A stretch of DNA of 63,592 nt, the filler included, from Nemertoderma westbladi (taxonomy: Eukaryota; Animalia; Xenacoelomorpha): the NCBI GenBank assembly GCA_032718475.1. It is 4 parts of 4 records of this genome, joined end to end, with 100 filler letters (N's around TTAATTAATTAA, not from the genome) between each part and the next. Parts side by side here need not be neighbours in the genome. Positions count along the whole stretch, not along the records: positions 1 to 20,339 come from JAUCBJ010000940.1; positions 20,440 to 38,415 come from JAUCBJ010008733.1; 2 more parts are not named here. The stretch is one strand, 5' to 3'. Position numbers and translations under genes: made by a program. This document shows, piece after piece, positions 11,238 through 23,600 of the stretch; the first letter of the stretch is position 1, and every line of letters begins with the position of its first letter. Below the pieces are notes generated by a model. That model ran no database searches. It was not told the origin of the DNA and worked only from the letters and a program-made list of their open reading frames with translations.

Positions 11238-12188
11238 TCATTAGGAATGTCATTACTTTAGGAAAATATTTGTTTACCTTGTAGGATTATTTTCAATAAC
11301 ATGTTAAGAAATTAGTTACAATTTCACGGAAATATATTAATTATAAATACTTATTTTGAGATTAAAAAGTGATAACTAAGAGAGCACTATAATTTTAAAA
11401 CGTCAGAAAGTACCCGGGGATATCACAATAAGCTATTTATTATTTGTGTCCACTTTCACAAGTTCCTAAAAGGTGCCACCCTGCTCCATAGCCCGGGAAA
11501 TTCAAATAATAGAAAGACGCAGTAAATTGATATATTTTTGGCGGTTAATTCAAATTGTCATATATTTCTATTACAAAAGTACATAGTGAACTGTAAACTG
11601 TACATTTACGTACAGCGTACTTGTACAACTGCGACTGTAGTTTTGCACTGTTGGACTATGTCATATTATGTATGAAAGGAGCTAGGCCAGGTTTCATAGT
11701 GTAAAAATAATTACAGGATATTACTGGTGTCAAGGCTTTTACGGGAGGTTAACCCCACATCCGCTGCAAAGTGAGTTTGTTTGTAACTCTTGTGAGTGCT
11801 ATCGAGTGCCTTGGGATACCTGCCGCATAGCTATGTTGGACCTAGTGCGTGGTAAGCGCACAGTTCACTCGTACTGGACGCATCATAGTATGAATAGATT
11901 ATAGTTACTAGTTGGGGAATAATATTGCAGTACTATGGACGCACACACTCGCACTAAATGAACCGAATCTATTACAGACAGGGCATAGTCAGCACTAACC
12001 ATGTGGAAATCAAGTTGGTATTAAAAGTTGGCATTAAATGAATTAAGGGTAGATCAACTTCCTCATATAAAATAATAAAGTTCGTTGAGTCACTTCCGGT
12101 AGGACTAAATAAGCATTAAACGACCTTTCAAACAACATTAGAGTTTGTTATTAACCAATTAATCGGTTTTTTTCCGATATTATTACGT

Positions 12189-12623
12189 ACTAGAAAGCCA
12201 GCAAGCTGGCTTTAAACGAACCTGCCCCTCAAACCAGTACCATGAGTGAGCGAAAATGAAAACACGATAATTGCCATCAACTCAACGAGAGAAACACCAG
12301 CTGCTGGTACTCATGTGGGCCTAGTAAGCTACTACTATTTATTGAATGGATAGCCCAAACTGCAGAGAAGTATATTACTTGCCAAATTTATTACTATATC
12401 ACTCTCCCAGACAGTAATCAAACATCAACTGTAAGTTTGTATAATGTATTACCCCACCAGATGAATAGCTCTTCCCAGTGAATCCTATGACAATAATCTA
12501 TAAGGTTACTCACTGCTATGTTAGGTGGGAGGGAGTTGATGATAATGAATGAGGAGGGACCCAACTAACACTACGTTTGTCTATGGAGGGTCTCCTTACA
12601 GCCAGATGGCTGGCTTTTCTAGT
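12189..12623. mobile_element. Non-autonomous element with ~24-bp terminal inverted repeats (ACTAG...CTAGT)
   Basis: ACTAGAAAGCCAGCAAGCTGGCT at the left end versus AGCCAGATGGCTGGCTTTTCTAGT at the right end. Confidence 0.6.
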
Positions 12624-13047
12624 TGAATCATATTATTCCGCAACTAAATAATTTACTCTTTTAGACGAATTTGCGCGTTTTTTTTTGCCGGACTAACAAA
12701 TTTTGTCGACGTTCTGTGCGAGATTGGCGATATTTGAAAAGATTCTGAGGCTCAAATATGTTGCTCAGATGACTGAATATCTCAAATAAAAAAGTTGGTG
12801 CATACTCGACGAGTTGAAATCGGTGAAATTCGACTTTAAATTTTCAAAACGGCTATTTTTCAGTGACCCCGTGATCGAAACGCCACAAAAAATATATAGT
12901 CTTGTGCGCAATCAAAATTTATGGAGAGTTTGTTATTAAAATTTTTACGTACCTGCTTGAGTTTTTGAGATATTGGATGGTTATACATACACACACAACC
13001 ATATCGTGTTTTTGAATGGCTCAACTCTTGACAAGAACTACCCTGGC

Positions 13048-13404
13048 TGTGACGGGATCTACGGATCCCGATTTATCCGTTTGGGTTTATCTATTTACGC
13101 GTCCCCGCCGTGTGTATGAAAAGGGTCAGTTAAGTTGAGAGTCCTGAAGTTCATATGTATAAAATATAATAAACGAGTAGTGCGAGCACGGTCAATAGGG
13201 TTAAAATGATATACCGGTAAATACTGATTAAATGATATGGTGACGGTAGTGGACGGTAATAGATGTTGCCGTTCCACCCTAACTGATCTGACTAACTAAA
13301 ACTGATTAAATGACACAATCAACTGGTAATATATATTGCACGGTTGGCCGCACTATACTACTCAGCCGATGCCTTCCCCCCATTGGCTAATAACCTATTT
13401 CACA
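13048..13404 (-). mobile_element. 3' LTR of the BEL/Pao element (~357 bp)
   Basis: TGTGA...TCACA termini. On the minus strand it is preceded by the purine tract GGGCAGAGGG and contains CCAAT, TATATA and TCAGTT in order. The partner LTR is not in the window. Confidence 0.65.
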
Positions 13405-14679
13405 CCCTCTGCCCTGCGGTGGTGTTTCCCCCCCCCCCCCCCCCCCCCCCGCTGCTGTTACTCTCCTCTCTCTCAGGGGTGTAACCCCTGACCCCTATTG
13501 TGTGTGTGTTCTCTGGGGTTTCTCCTTCCCACTTTGTTGGGGTCACACGAGGTTGATTAATCACCCTCGTGTTCCCCAATATTGCTTAACGGCTCACTTT
13601 ATGGGGTGGTTAGCGGAATTGAATAAGCTAACACTCCCCCCCATGCTATCTTCCCGGTGAGAAGATAGCATCCACCTCTAGTGCACTACAATTCCGCTGG
13701 ATCCCGATCTAGTATCGGGTGTGGGGTGGGTCTATTTTTCTTGGAGTCGGCTTTCCGGGCCGCTCCCTATGGGTACGATAATGCTACCCCGTCTTGGTAC
13801 AACTCTGCCTATCTTGTACCAAGACATCTGGCGTCCCGTGTTGGACTGATCGTGCGCTTCTCTCACACAATTTTGCTTCCCCAACACTTTCGCCCTAACT
13901 CTCCTCCACTTTCACCCTAACTCTCGCATACTCTCGGACCTCCTCGTCCCTCACTCTGCCTCTTACTTTTCCCCTCCCCCACACTTGAATTGCGCCCACA
14001 CTCTCTCCACACTCCGCACTTCACACTCTGTTACTCATATCTCGCCCTATCTCACCCTCTCTTTTCTGACGAGCCTCACCCCCCTTTTGTGCCGTCGCAC
14101 TCAAGAAGTATGATGTCGTCAGCGTCTCGTCCGTGACCTACAGTACCATGGTCGATTAGTTCCCAGTCCCAGTAGCTAATTGGAAAAGGTTGTGCTTGAC
14201 TACGGTACGTACTTTATAATATACATACGTGATTTACTTATATAATTATTATAAGGTTATTATTATCATATGTTATATTATATGCTCGTCTACGTAACGC
14301 GCCTCGTTCTCTCTCGGCCTTTCTCCCCTGGCGACTTCTTCCAGTCGCTTCTCCCCAGATCTATCCACTTCCAACTTCTCCCATGTGATATGTGTATCCA
14401 CCTCCCTGTCTACTAGATGCCGGCCGTTGTATTACACCGACTCGCCCTTCAGCCCCAGGTGGTCTACCAGACCTTCAAAGGCTACCTTGAAGGCTCTTCT
14501 GTAGCTCGGAGGTGATTCTAATATCCTTAATTTAATTTTTAAATTTGTGCTATTAACCCTACCGACCTTTCTGGTTACTATTTTATGATATATTGTGCTC
14601 TCTTATCTCTTACTATATACTATATTTTATATCCCCCTGCCACTAATTCTTACTACTATCGCTACTCTACGCACCCTCT

Positions 14680-15265
14680 TACTAACTAGTTCTACAACTA
14701 ACTACTACTCATACTAGCCGGCACTACGTACCCTCTTACTAACTTCCAACTCTACTCTTACTAACCGGTACTACGTACCCTCTTACTAACTCCTCTAACT
14801 CTACTCTTACTAACCGGTACTATGTACCCTCTTACTAACTTCCAACTCTACTCTTACTAACCAGTACTACGTATCCTCTTACTAACTCCTCTAACTCTAC
14901 TCTTACTAGCCGGTACTACGTACCCTCTTACTAACTTCTCTGACTCCACTCTTACTAACCAGTACTACGTACCCTCTTACTAACTTCTCTGACTCCACTC
15001 TTACTAACCGGTACTACGTACCCTCTTACTAACTTCTCTGACTCCACTCTTACTAGCCGGTACTACGTACCCTCTTACTAACTTCTCTGACTCCACTCTT
15101 ACTAACGGTACTACGTACCCTCTTACTACTTCTAACTCTCTTACTAACGGTACTACGTACCCTCTTACTGCTTCTAACTCTCTTACTAACGGTACTACGT
15201 ACCCTCTTACTGACTTCTGACTTAACTATCTAACTAGTGGTACTACGTACCCTCTTACTACTAAT
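14680..15265. repeat. ~45-49-bp tandem array inside the BEL 3' region
   Basis: About 12 copies of CTTACTAACCGGTACTACGTACCCTCTTACTAACTTCTCTGACTCCACT and variants. Confidence 0.9.
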
Positions 15266-15434
15266 TTCCTACTATCTAACTTCTATCTGCTTACTGCGTA
15301 CCTATTATGTACTATAATCACTTTCTCTTTATTTATTTTTTTTCTTATTTTATGTGTGGAAAGGGCGTCTCGCCCTCAATCCCACCCCCCTCAGTCCAAT
15401 ACTTTGGACAAATAAACACCACTCTTACTTCACT

Positions 15435-18400
15435 CTATGGTGCTCCTTCTAGTAGACAGCACTTCCCTACAGCCCTTCTGTAGGTCTTCCTGTGTTTCGC
15501 ACCTATCTTGCAACCTATCCGCACTTCTACCGATCGGACTCTTCCGTCCTCATCGGAGTAAGTGCCCACGACTCTCGCCAACTGCCACTGGTTGTTGATG
15601 ATGGTATCATCGGTGACGATCACCAGATCACCCTCCTTTAACTCTCTGTTGGTGTTCCTCCACTTGCTTCTTCTGTGAAGCGTGGGTAGATATTCCTCAA
15701 CCCACCTCCTCCAATACTCTGCGCTTATCGCCTTAGCGACTTTCCAACTCTGGCGGGAGTGTATGTCATCTGGGTCTACACCCCGCATATCGATGGTCGC
15801 TGGCCTCTCCATTAGAAAATGGCTGGGTGTCAGCACGTCTAGTGACTCAGGGTCATCATTCTCTGGATATAGCGGTCTGCTATTAATGATACCCTCGCAC
15901 TTCGCAAGTACTGTTCTTAGCACGTCCTCCGTAACCATGTGGGTGTTCATCAACTTCGTCATCAGACGCTTTGAACTACCCACGAGTCTCTCGACGCATC
16001 CTAGGGTATGCGGTGCATACGGCGTCCTCCTCTCCCACTTTACTTGTCGTCGCCTCATGGCTGCCCTGACTTCCTCTCCTTCCAGGATATCCAAGGCCTC
16101 TGCCATCTCGTTCTCCGCCCCCACAAAGTTGGTCCCGTTGTCGGAGTATATCACTGCGATCGTCCCACCTTTGCGGTCTCTAAACCTTTCTAAGGCATTG
16201 ATGAATGCCGATGCAGTTGCATCTTGGGCGAGTTCTATCCCTACCGCCCGCGTGTTATTACATACGAAGATAATACCGTAGCGTTTCTCCGTGTGCCGCA
16301 TCACCTTGATCTTTATCGGCCCGAACATGTCCACACCGCAATGCGTAAATGGCGGGTCGTGCTGTCTTACCCTACTCGCCGGTAGTGGTGCCATCTCCTG
16401 TATGGCTCGCTCCTTCTTTGCTCGTCGGCAGGTCTGGCACTGCCACACTACCGCCTTTACCTTCTTCCTCAACTGTTTGACCCAAAAGGACCTCCTTATC
16501 TCCGTGAGGGTTCGGTTGGTGCCCCCGTGCAATATCGACTTATGGGAGTCCCAGATAATCTGGTGGACTATCGGCGATCCTGTGGGGATGATGATGGGCT
16601 TCGGTGGTACGACGATACTGTTGTTGTATCCCACCCTAGAGTTCATTACTAGAATCCCGTCGTCATTAAGTTGTGGTGACAGCGTGATCAGCTCGCTGTC
16701 CCGTCGGAGATGCTGTTGTTTGCCGACGCGTTCCACCTCGTCGCCGTAGTTCTTCCTCTGCTCATAGCGGATGACTGCTTTGGCTGCTCCTTCCAGATCT
16801 ATTGTCGTTCTGATCTTCACGTCTTTGCCAACTCCCCTGAGGAAATTCCCGAAGGCTCTCCAGTACGCCACCAATTTCTTGGTCTTGTACCAACTAGAAC
16901 TGTAGCTAAGGAGTTTATCCGTCGGGTTATCGCACAGTTCTCCTGGTTTTGGTTGCACGTCCCTAATCTCCCTCACCATCTGGGAGTATATCTCTTCTCC
17001 CTCTGAATCTCCCTCTTCTCCTTCTGACACTACTTCTCCTGAGCCCGGGTCCACCTTTCTCATCGGCGGCCAGGCCTCCTTATCGCTCAGAAACTGTGGC
17101 CCGTGTTGCCACAATACTTCCTTCTTCAAGAAAGTGTGGCGTACCACGCCCCTCGATAACAAGTCCGCAGGGTTCTCGTCCGTTGGGCAGTAGTGCCACC
17201 TTTCCAGTTCTGTGGTCGCCCTTATTTCGTCCACTCTATTTGCGACGAATATAGGGTATCTCGTCCTTTCGTTATGTAGCCAACCAAGTACTACCATGGA
17301 ATCCGTCCAGTAGTGGGTCTCCACTATGTTGGGAATAGCATCCATTATGTAAGCCATGGCCCTAACTCCTAGTCTCGCAGCTGTCAATTCTAGCTTAGGA
17401 GCCGATGCTGAATCTGGTGGTGTTGACTTCGCCTTGCTGAAGGCGAGTCTGGGCTTGTGAGCCCCCTCTCGTTGTACTAAATAGAGTGCTGCTCTGTATG
17501 CCTCTAACGACGCATCGGAGAACATGTGTAGGTCCAGACTCGTCATGTCCCCATCCGGGAAATACACTCGTGGCATGCTGTATGTTCCCATCTGCTCCAG
17601 ACTCTCTGTCCACTTATACCACTGCTTTCTAATCTCTTCCGGGACCTCTGCGTCCCACTCGTCCTTTAGCTTGTATACTCTCTTGAGTATCTGTTTCCCC
17701 GTGACTAGTAGTGGGGATGCTAGGCCTAGGGGATCGTATATCCTTGCTATGTACGACACATAGCCCCTCTTTGTGTGGATGTCTGCGCCCTCCTGACTCA
17801 ACTGGTACTTCAGTTCATCTGTCTCTCTGTTCCACACGATTCCCAGTGCCTTCTGTTGAGACTCTATCCTCTTGTTCACCATGTCCTGCCCCTTGGCTGT
17901 TGTGGGATTATCCATGGTCGATCCTGGTCTCTCATCTTTTATCGCCTCAATAAATTCCTTCGAACTGGATTGGAATTTGGTTAGGTTAAAGCCGGATCCT
18001 TTAAGGATGTCGCGAACCTCGCGCCCTGTGTCCAGTAGCTCCTTAACCGTATTTCCAGAGTCCATCCCGTCGTCTACGTAGAAGCCGCGTCGAATCATAT
18101 CGATGGCCCTAGTACTATATTTATCTTCCTTTCCCTTTACTGTGTCTCTTACGGCCATTGTCGTCGTGAATGAAGACGACTTGGCTCCCATATTCTGTAC
18201 TATCATCTTGTACATCGGTATTGTCGACGGTTCCACGTCGCCGTTGTACCATAAGAAGCGTTGACTGTCGCTATCCTATTCCGTCATACGGACTTGGTTG
18301 AACATGCCTTCTATGTCACAGGTGAAGGCGTGTTTCCCATTCCTGAATCTGAGTAGGACCTCTATCCTTGAGTTGTATATGTTGGGACCCTCTAGCAGAT

Positions 18401-20310
18401 AGTCGTTTAGGCATTTCCCGTTGGTCTTTACCGATGCGTCCACTACCATCCGCAGTTTACCTTTCTTCAGATCTAAAGCCACGTGGAGTGGCAGGTAATA
18501 TGTCCTGTCCGTGTTTGGTTCGTCGACCGGTAACTCCACGGCCCATCCCTTCTCGACGTACTTTCTGATTGTCTTATGAATGTACTCATTCTTTTCGGGG
18601 CTCCGTTTTAACGTCTGTTTCAACTTACGAAGCCTCGTGAGTACCATTCCTTTATTATCGGGCAGAGGTAGCTTCGGTAGCTTCCATACCATTCCTATAG
18701 TATACCGCCCCTCGTCGCATCTCATAGACTCTCCTTTACGCTCTGCTGAGCCTGCTTGTCTTCTACCGAGGTCCCGACCCCGGTTTCCTTCAGTCCCTCA
18801 AAATCCTGCCTGAGCAGTCTCTTGAGCTGTTCCTCCGCTCTCCCATCACCCATTTCTTGCATAGTTCCCGCGAACATGCATCCTGATGTCTCCGACATCC
18901 TAAATGGTATCTTACTCTTAATTGGGCCATTCAGCGTCCACCCGAATGGTGTCAATATCGCCACCGGGTCACACTGCTTGTCTTCGCCGAAGACCGTTTG
19001 CATTCTTTCGTGGGCCATTGGGCAGTCCATTCCTACTATGATGGATACCTTCCTAACGTCCACCTCTGGGATTGAGAAGTCGATATCATCCAGGAATTTA
19101 TATTGTTCGACCTCGATGTTGGTTGGCCGCCTGGCATTGATATTTATTGACTCTATCACTTGGATGGGGTCGATGCTCGCCCCATAGTCGCATCCCGGTG
19201 CTATTGCTGCTATCGCGCACCGTCCGGTTCTCATCTCCAGGCTCTCGTCTTTGCTGGAGATTGTTGTTACCGCCATTCTACTTGGCCTCGTTCTCAATCC
19301 TATCTCTTCGGCCACCCAATTTTTGATTAATGTGAAGGCAGCTCCACTATCGACCAGCATCAGTGTGGTCACTGATCGATTGCCTTCTCCAATCACTCGC
19401 ACCAGTACTACCCCAAGTAGCACCGTTCCTCTCTTCTTCGCCCCTACTGTGCTCGTTGCCATCATTTGGCCTTTGCTTTGACCGAACTTAATCGGCGTCT
19501 CCTCGCATTGACCGGCCCTATGTCCACCCATCACACACCGAGAACAGATTTCATTTCTTCTCGCGTATTCTACCTGATCTTCCCTGGGTAGCGCTTGCCA
19601 GTACCTGCAGTTCATGGTCTGATGAAGTGCATTTGTGTGCAATTGGCATTTGCTCTCTGGGTTGTAGCCATCCTTATACAGTGCGCTACGTATCGCACTT
19701 GCGTTCGTACCAAAGTCCCTACTATTCTTATTGTTTGGGTTCGGCCTACTGGGCGTACTGGGATTATGTTTATTTGTGTTGTTATTTTTCCCCTGTCCGC
19801 TCCATGATGTGGTCTTACCCACGGCTACCTGTGGACTAGCAGTCCCCTGCGTCGCTGCGTATGGCAGTGATTGTCTGAGCTTCGGCAATGCGTTCGATGC
19901 GTTGTGTTCTGGTTTCGGTCTACTGTACTCGGTCTTTGGTCCCTTTCCCAGGCTATCCTCGCTATAGACTGGGTCTGTTATTAATTCGGCTTCGTAATTT
20001 AAGAAGCTTGACATCTCTTCTAAACCCGGTTCCGCACCCTTCCTTTCTCGAGTGGAGAAAGCGATTTTCCTCCACTTATTGCGCAGCCACATCGGTAGTG
20101 CCTGGGCTATCGTAGTGATGTTGTTGGACGCGTTGAGTTCGAATGGGCGTCTAGCGTCTTTAGCACGATTAGCGCCTTCTCGACCTTGTTCGCGAATGTC
20201 TTAATGCTAACGGGATTATCCTGTAGGCCACCCGATGTTATGCCTCTCAGGGTTTGCCGGATGATCTTGGCCGGGTGCCCGTATTCCCTGTCCAGTGCCC
20301 GCCATGCCAT
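15435..20310 (-). pseudogene. BEL/Pao gag-pol polyprotein, disrupted by frameshifts near 20140 and 18725 and an in-frame TAG at 18276
   Basis: Zn knuckle CSRCVMGGHRAGQC, protease LVDSGA, RT DIEGMF and FYVDD, Pao RNase H FSDAS and WTDS, integrase GVDMFGP / SDNGTNFVG / VERLV, and the C-terminal W..EYLPTLHRRSKW...GDLV domain. Confidence 0.93.
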
Positions 20311-20339
20311 CGTGAAGCCGCCCTCGATGCCCTGGTATT

Positions 20340-20439
20340 NNNNNNNNNNNNNNNNNNNNNNNNNNNNNNNNNNNNNNNNNNNNTTAATTAATTAANNNNN
20401 NNNNNNNNNNNNNNNNNNNNNNNNNNNNNNNNNNNNNNN
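20340..20439. other. Artificial contig spacer
   Basis: 44 N + TTAATTAATTAA (stops in all six frames) + 44 N. Confidence 0.97.
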
Positions 20440-20497
20440 ATCTAGAAGACATTCTAATTTGGCGGGTTAAACTGCCAAAGGTCTGAAAGCGCGAACA

Positions 20498-20607
20498 GGG
20501 ATACTGAACTTGGGAGAAACGAAATTCCGACAACTATGGAGAATCGGGAAGCGTGGAAGGATCTCATTTCAACTGTCCGAGTTCGCTCGACATAGTAGTA
20601 GTAGTAC
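20498..20607 (+). mobile_element. 3' end of an RTE-clade LINE (different family from the five-copy RTE)
   Basis: DTELGRNEIPTTMENREAWKDL...RST* followed by a (TAG)n tail. Confidence 0.6.
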
Positions 20608-20649
20608 AACTGTTATGTAAATTTAATATAATAGATTTAATTTGATTTA

Positions 20650-23600
20650 GACGGGATGTCTCTGACTTGCTTACAGCCAACACCCATTCGTCATTTCCAT
20701 ACGTCATAAATAATAATGTTAATGGTCTATCATCGAAGATGAATGTCCTTAGTCAGTGGGTGAGGACATATGTCAATGTTGCAGTAATAATTCAGGAGAC
20801 AAAGCTAACAGATAAAGTGTCTAAGGGTAGTATACTATACATCTGCCTGAGTTCCACATGGAACGACAGGATCGTAATTTGGAAAATTTGTGGAAAAAGG
20901 AGGTGGGGGGTTGCTAACTTATATAAAAAGAGGCTGGTGCCACAATAGACCTACAGTTTCTGAAGCTATATCTACCCCAGATATTGAAATGCTAGCTATA
21001 ATATGCAGACCAAAATACCTACCTTCGAATTTTTCAAGTATTGTGGTTGTTAATCTATATATTCGTCCTCAGGCACATTGGCCAGTCACAAGAAAGTTAC
21101 TCAGGAATGGGTTTACAAATCTCTTAAGAAAACAGCCACGTGGTTATTATATAGTGATGGGTGATATTAATAAACCAAAATTCGGCTTCCTAGAGTCATT
21201 GAATTTACATAATGTTGTTGATGGCCCGACTTTCATTTCAGTGGATTCGCAATTAGATATTGCCTATATTTCAAATGTTGAGGTTTACAAATGCCATATT
21301 CGTGCACTACTTAAACACAAACCAAAAACTAGTTTATAAGGATTCGTGATTTGTCAGTAAGTAACCCGAATGTTGATACCGTTCGCCAAGTGTTAAGTGA
21401 GACAGACTGGGAAATTTTTTATCGCAATGACAACCTGGATGACGCGGTTGATGCGGTAGAGAGCTATATTAAGTTTGTTATTGATGATAAGCATCCACTT
21501 AAGAAGGTTAAATTGTTGAATATCGATAAGCGCCTACCTTGTAACAGTTCTGAATTGAAGACATTACTAAAGGAAAAACAACAGGCAATCAGAGTAAAAG
21601 ATAATGCTCAACGTAATATAATACAGAGGAAAATAAATAAATTGGTTTTCCAAAGGCAACAATGTGAGTTTACAACAATGTCGAAGGACGAGCTTTACAA
21701 ACTTTCACGGCGTATTCTACGTGATAAATATCCAACGTTGGAATTCAATAAGGATGAGCTCGATAAATTGAAACATTTCTTTACACGCTTCAATGAGGAT
21801 GTGTATAAAGATGATACTGAATTCCTTAATGATCAACAGCCTTGTCATGAAACGATAAGTTCAGTCGTAGTTGAAAAACAATTTCGGAAGTTGAAGGTAA
21901 CAACTGCGAAAGGTCCAGGTGTTTTAGAAGCTAACATTTACAAAACATTTGCAAAGGAATTGTCATGTCCTTATGCATATCTATTCACAAATAGTTTTCA
22001 ATTTTTTCCCTACAATATCTGCCACCGTACTGTATCCATTGTTCGGCCTCCATATTTCCCTTTTCAAATATCGACAATGATGATCTCGACATTTTTCAGG
22101 AAGATCTAAGCCCTGACGAAATTAATTCTGCTTCTGAGGAGACCAGCCCAAATAATATTTTTAAGGACATTGACCCCGACTCTAACTTGGCTGTGAACTT
22201 AAATGGTGGTGGGTATTTTACTGAGGAACAATTTAACGCTAAATTTAATCCCACTTTAGACACATTTTCTGTCCTTAGCTTAAATTGTGCTAGTCTACGT
22301 AAAAATTTCACTAATCTAACAGTTTTCCTTGAGTCGCTCAAAATTAAATTAGATGTATTGACATTTAGTGAAACGTTTTTCTCAGAGAACGACGAACTAG
22401 GTTTATATAAAATCGACGGCTACTCTTCTCCTATAGTAGACTTCAGAGGTTATGGCAAAAAGAACCGCGGCGGGACAGTTGTGTATGTTAACGAAGATTG
22501 TAAATGGAAATTCCGCCCTGATTTAAAAATGAGCGAAGTGGAGAATTGTTGGGTCGAAGTGTGCCGTTCTGATTCAAATAAGTATTATAGTACCAATAGT
22601 AATTATAGGTTGTATTTATCGCCCTGAAACTATTACTGTCCCTAAATTTAATCACTTATTAGAATCTCAATTACAATTCTTAAATAATTCTAGAACAGAT
22701 GTAATAGTTTGTGGCGATATTAATATAGACGTAAACAAAAGTACTCCTATATCATTCAATTACTCTCAAATACTAAGTGCAAACGGATTTAACCAAACTA
22801 TAAAAGTACCAACTAGAATTACGGCTCACTCCAAAACAACAATTGATCATATAAGTACCAATATTACCTCTTCGATCTGCTATTCTGGTGTCTTTTCGGC
22901 CAAAGACGGCAATTATGATTACCTACCTACATTCATGGTTCTAAATAACTATAATACTTATTTCAACAATAGTCGAGAACATATGACTGTTTTTGATTAC
23001 TCAAAATTTGACCGTAATCTCTTTTTTGCCGACTGTATCCTGCCCTCCAGCTGGTCGTATAAAGCGGATTCAATCCCACTAAAAGATAAATATTCCGCCT
23101 TTTATGATGAATTTAGTAAGATATGCAACAACAATTTAACGACTAAGGTCATATCTCATAAAAAAATTCCTCGAAAACCTTGGTTGTCGCATAACCTCAT
23201 TCAGTCATCAATAAATAAAAATAAACTTTATCGAAAATATCTACTGCACCCAACAAATAGTAACATCAAAAAATACAAAGATTATAGGAATACGTTTGTA
23301 AGCGCTATTCGTACTGCACAAAAAAATTATTATCACCAACAATTTCAAAACCACGGTCAAAATATGAAAAAAAACCTGGTCTACAATAAATTCTGTACTG
23401 CACAGAGCTGATAGAGAAAGCTGCCCCAAGAAAATTATTATTAAGATAGATGGCCAAGCAGATATAGAAGTGAAGGAACTGGATCAGATTGCTGAAGAGT
23501 TCATTCAATAAACACTTTTCATCTATTGGCCCAAAACTAACAACTCAAATACAACCTCCTAGCAATTCTCGTCCACTACGTTATATCAAAAACTTAAGCG

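Larger units (their letters stand above)
13048..20339 (-). mobile_element. BEL/Pao LTR retrotransposon, 5' end cut by the contig gap
   Basis: gag-PR-RT-RH-IN domain order, a ~2-kb non-coding 3' region, and an LTR. Confidence 0.93.

Noticed and set aside
13620-13642. Alternative PPT/LTR boundary (GGGGGGAG|TGTTAG on the minus strand)
   Set aside because: The 13404 boundary matches the TGTGA/TCACA termini and promoter layout better. This cannot be fully excluded without the 5' LTR.
14066-14135. Hammerhead core CTGACGAG in the BEL 3' region
   Set aside because: No matching stem II or GAAA, and it is antisense to the element.
15682-20115. Many plus-strand ORFs over the BEL element
   Set aside because: Antisense shadows of gag-pol.
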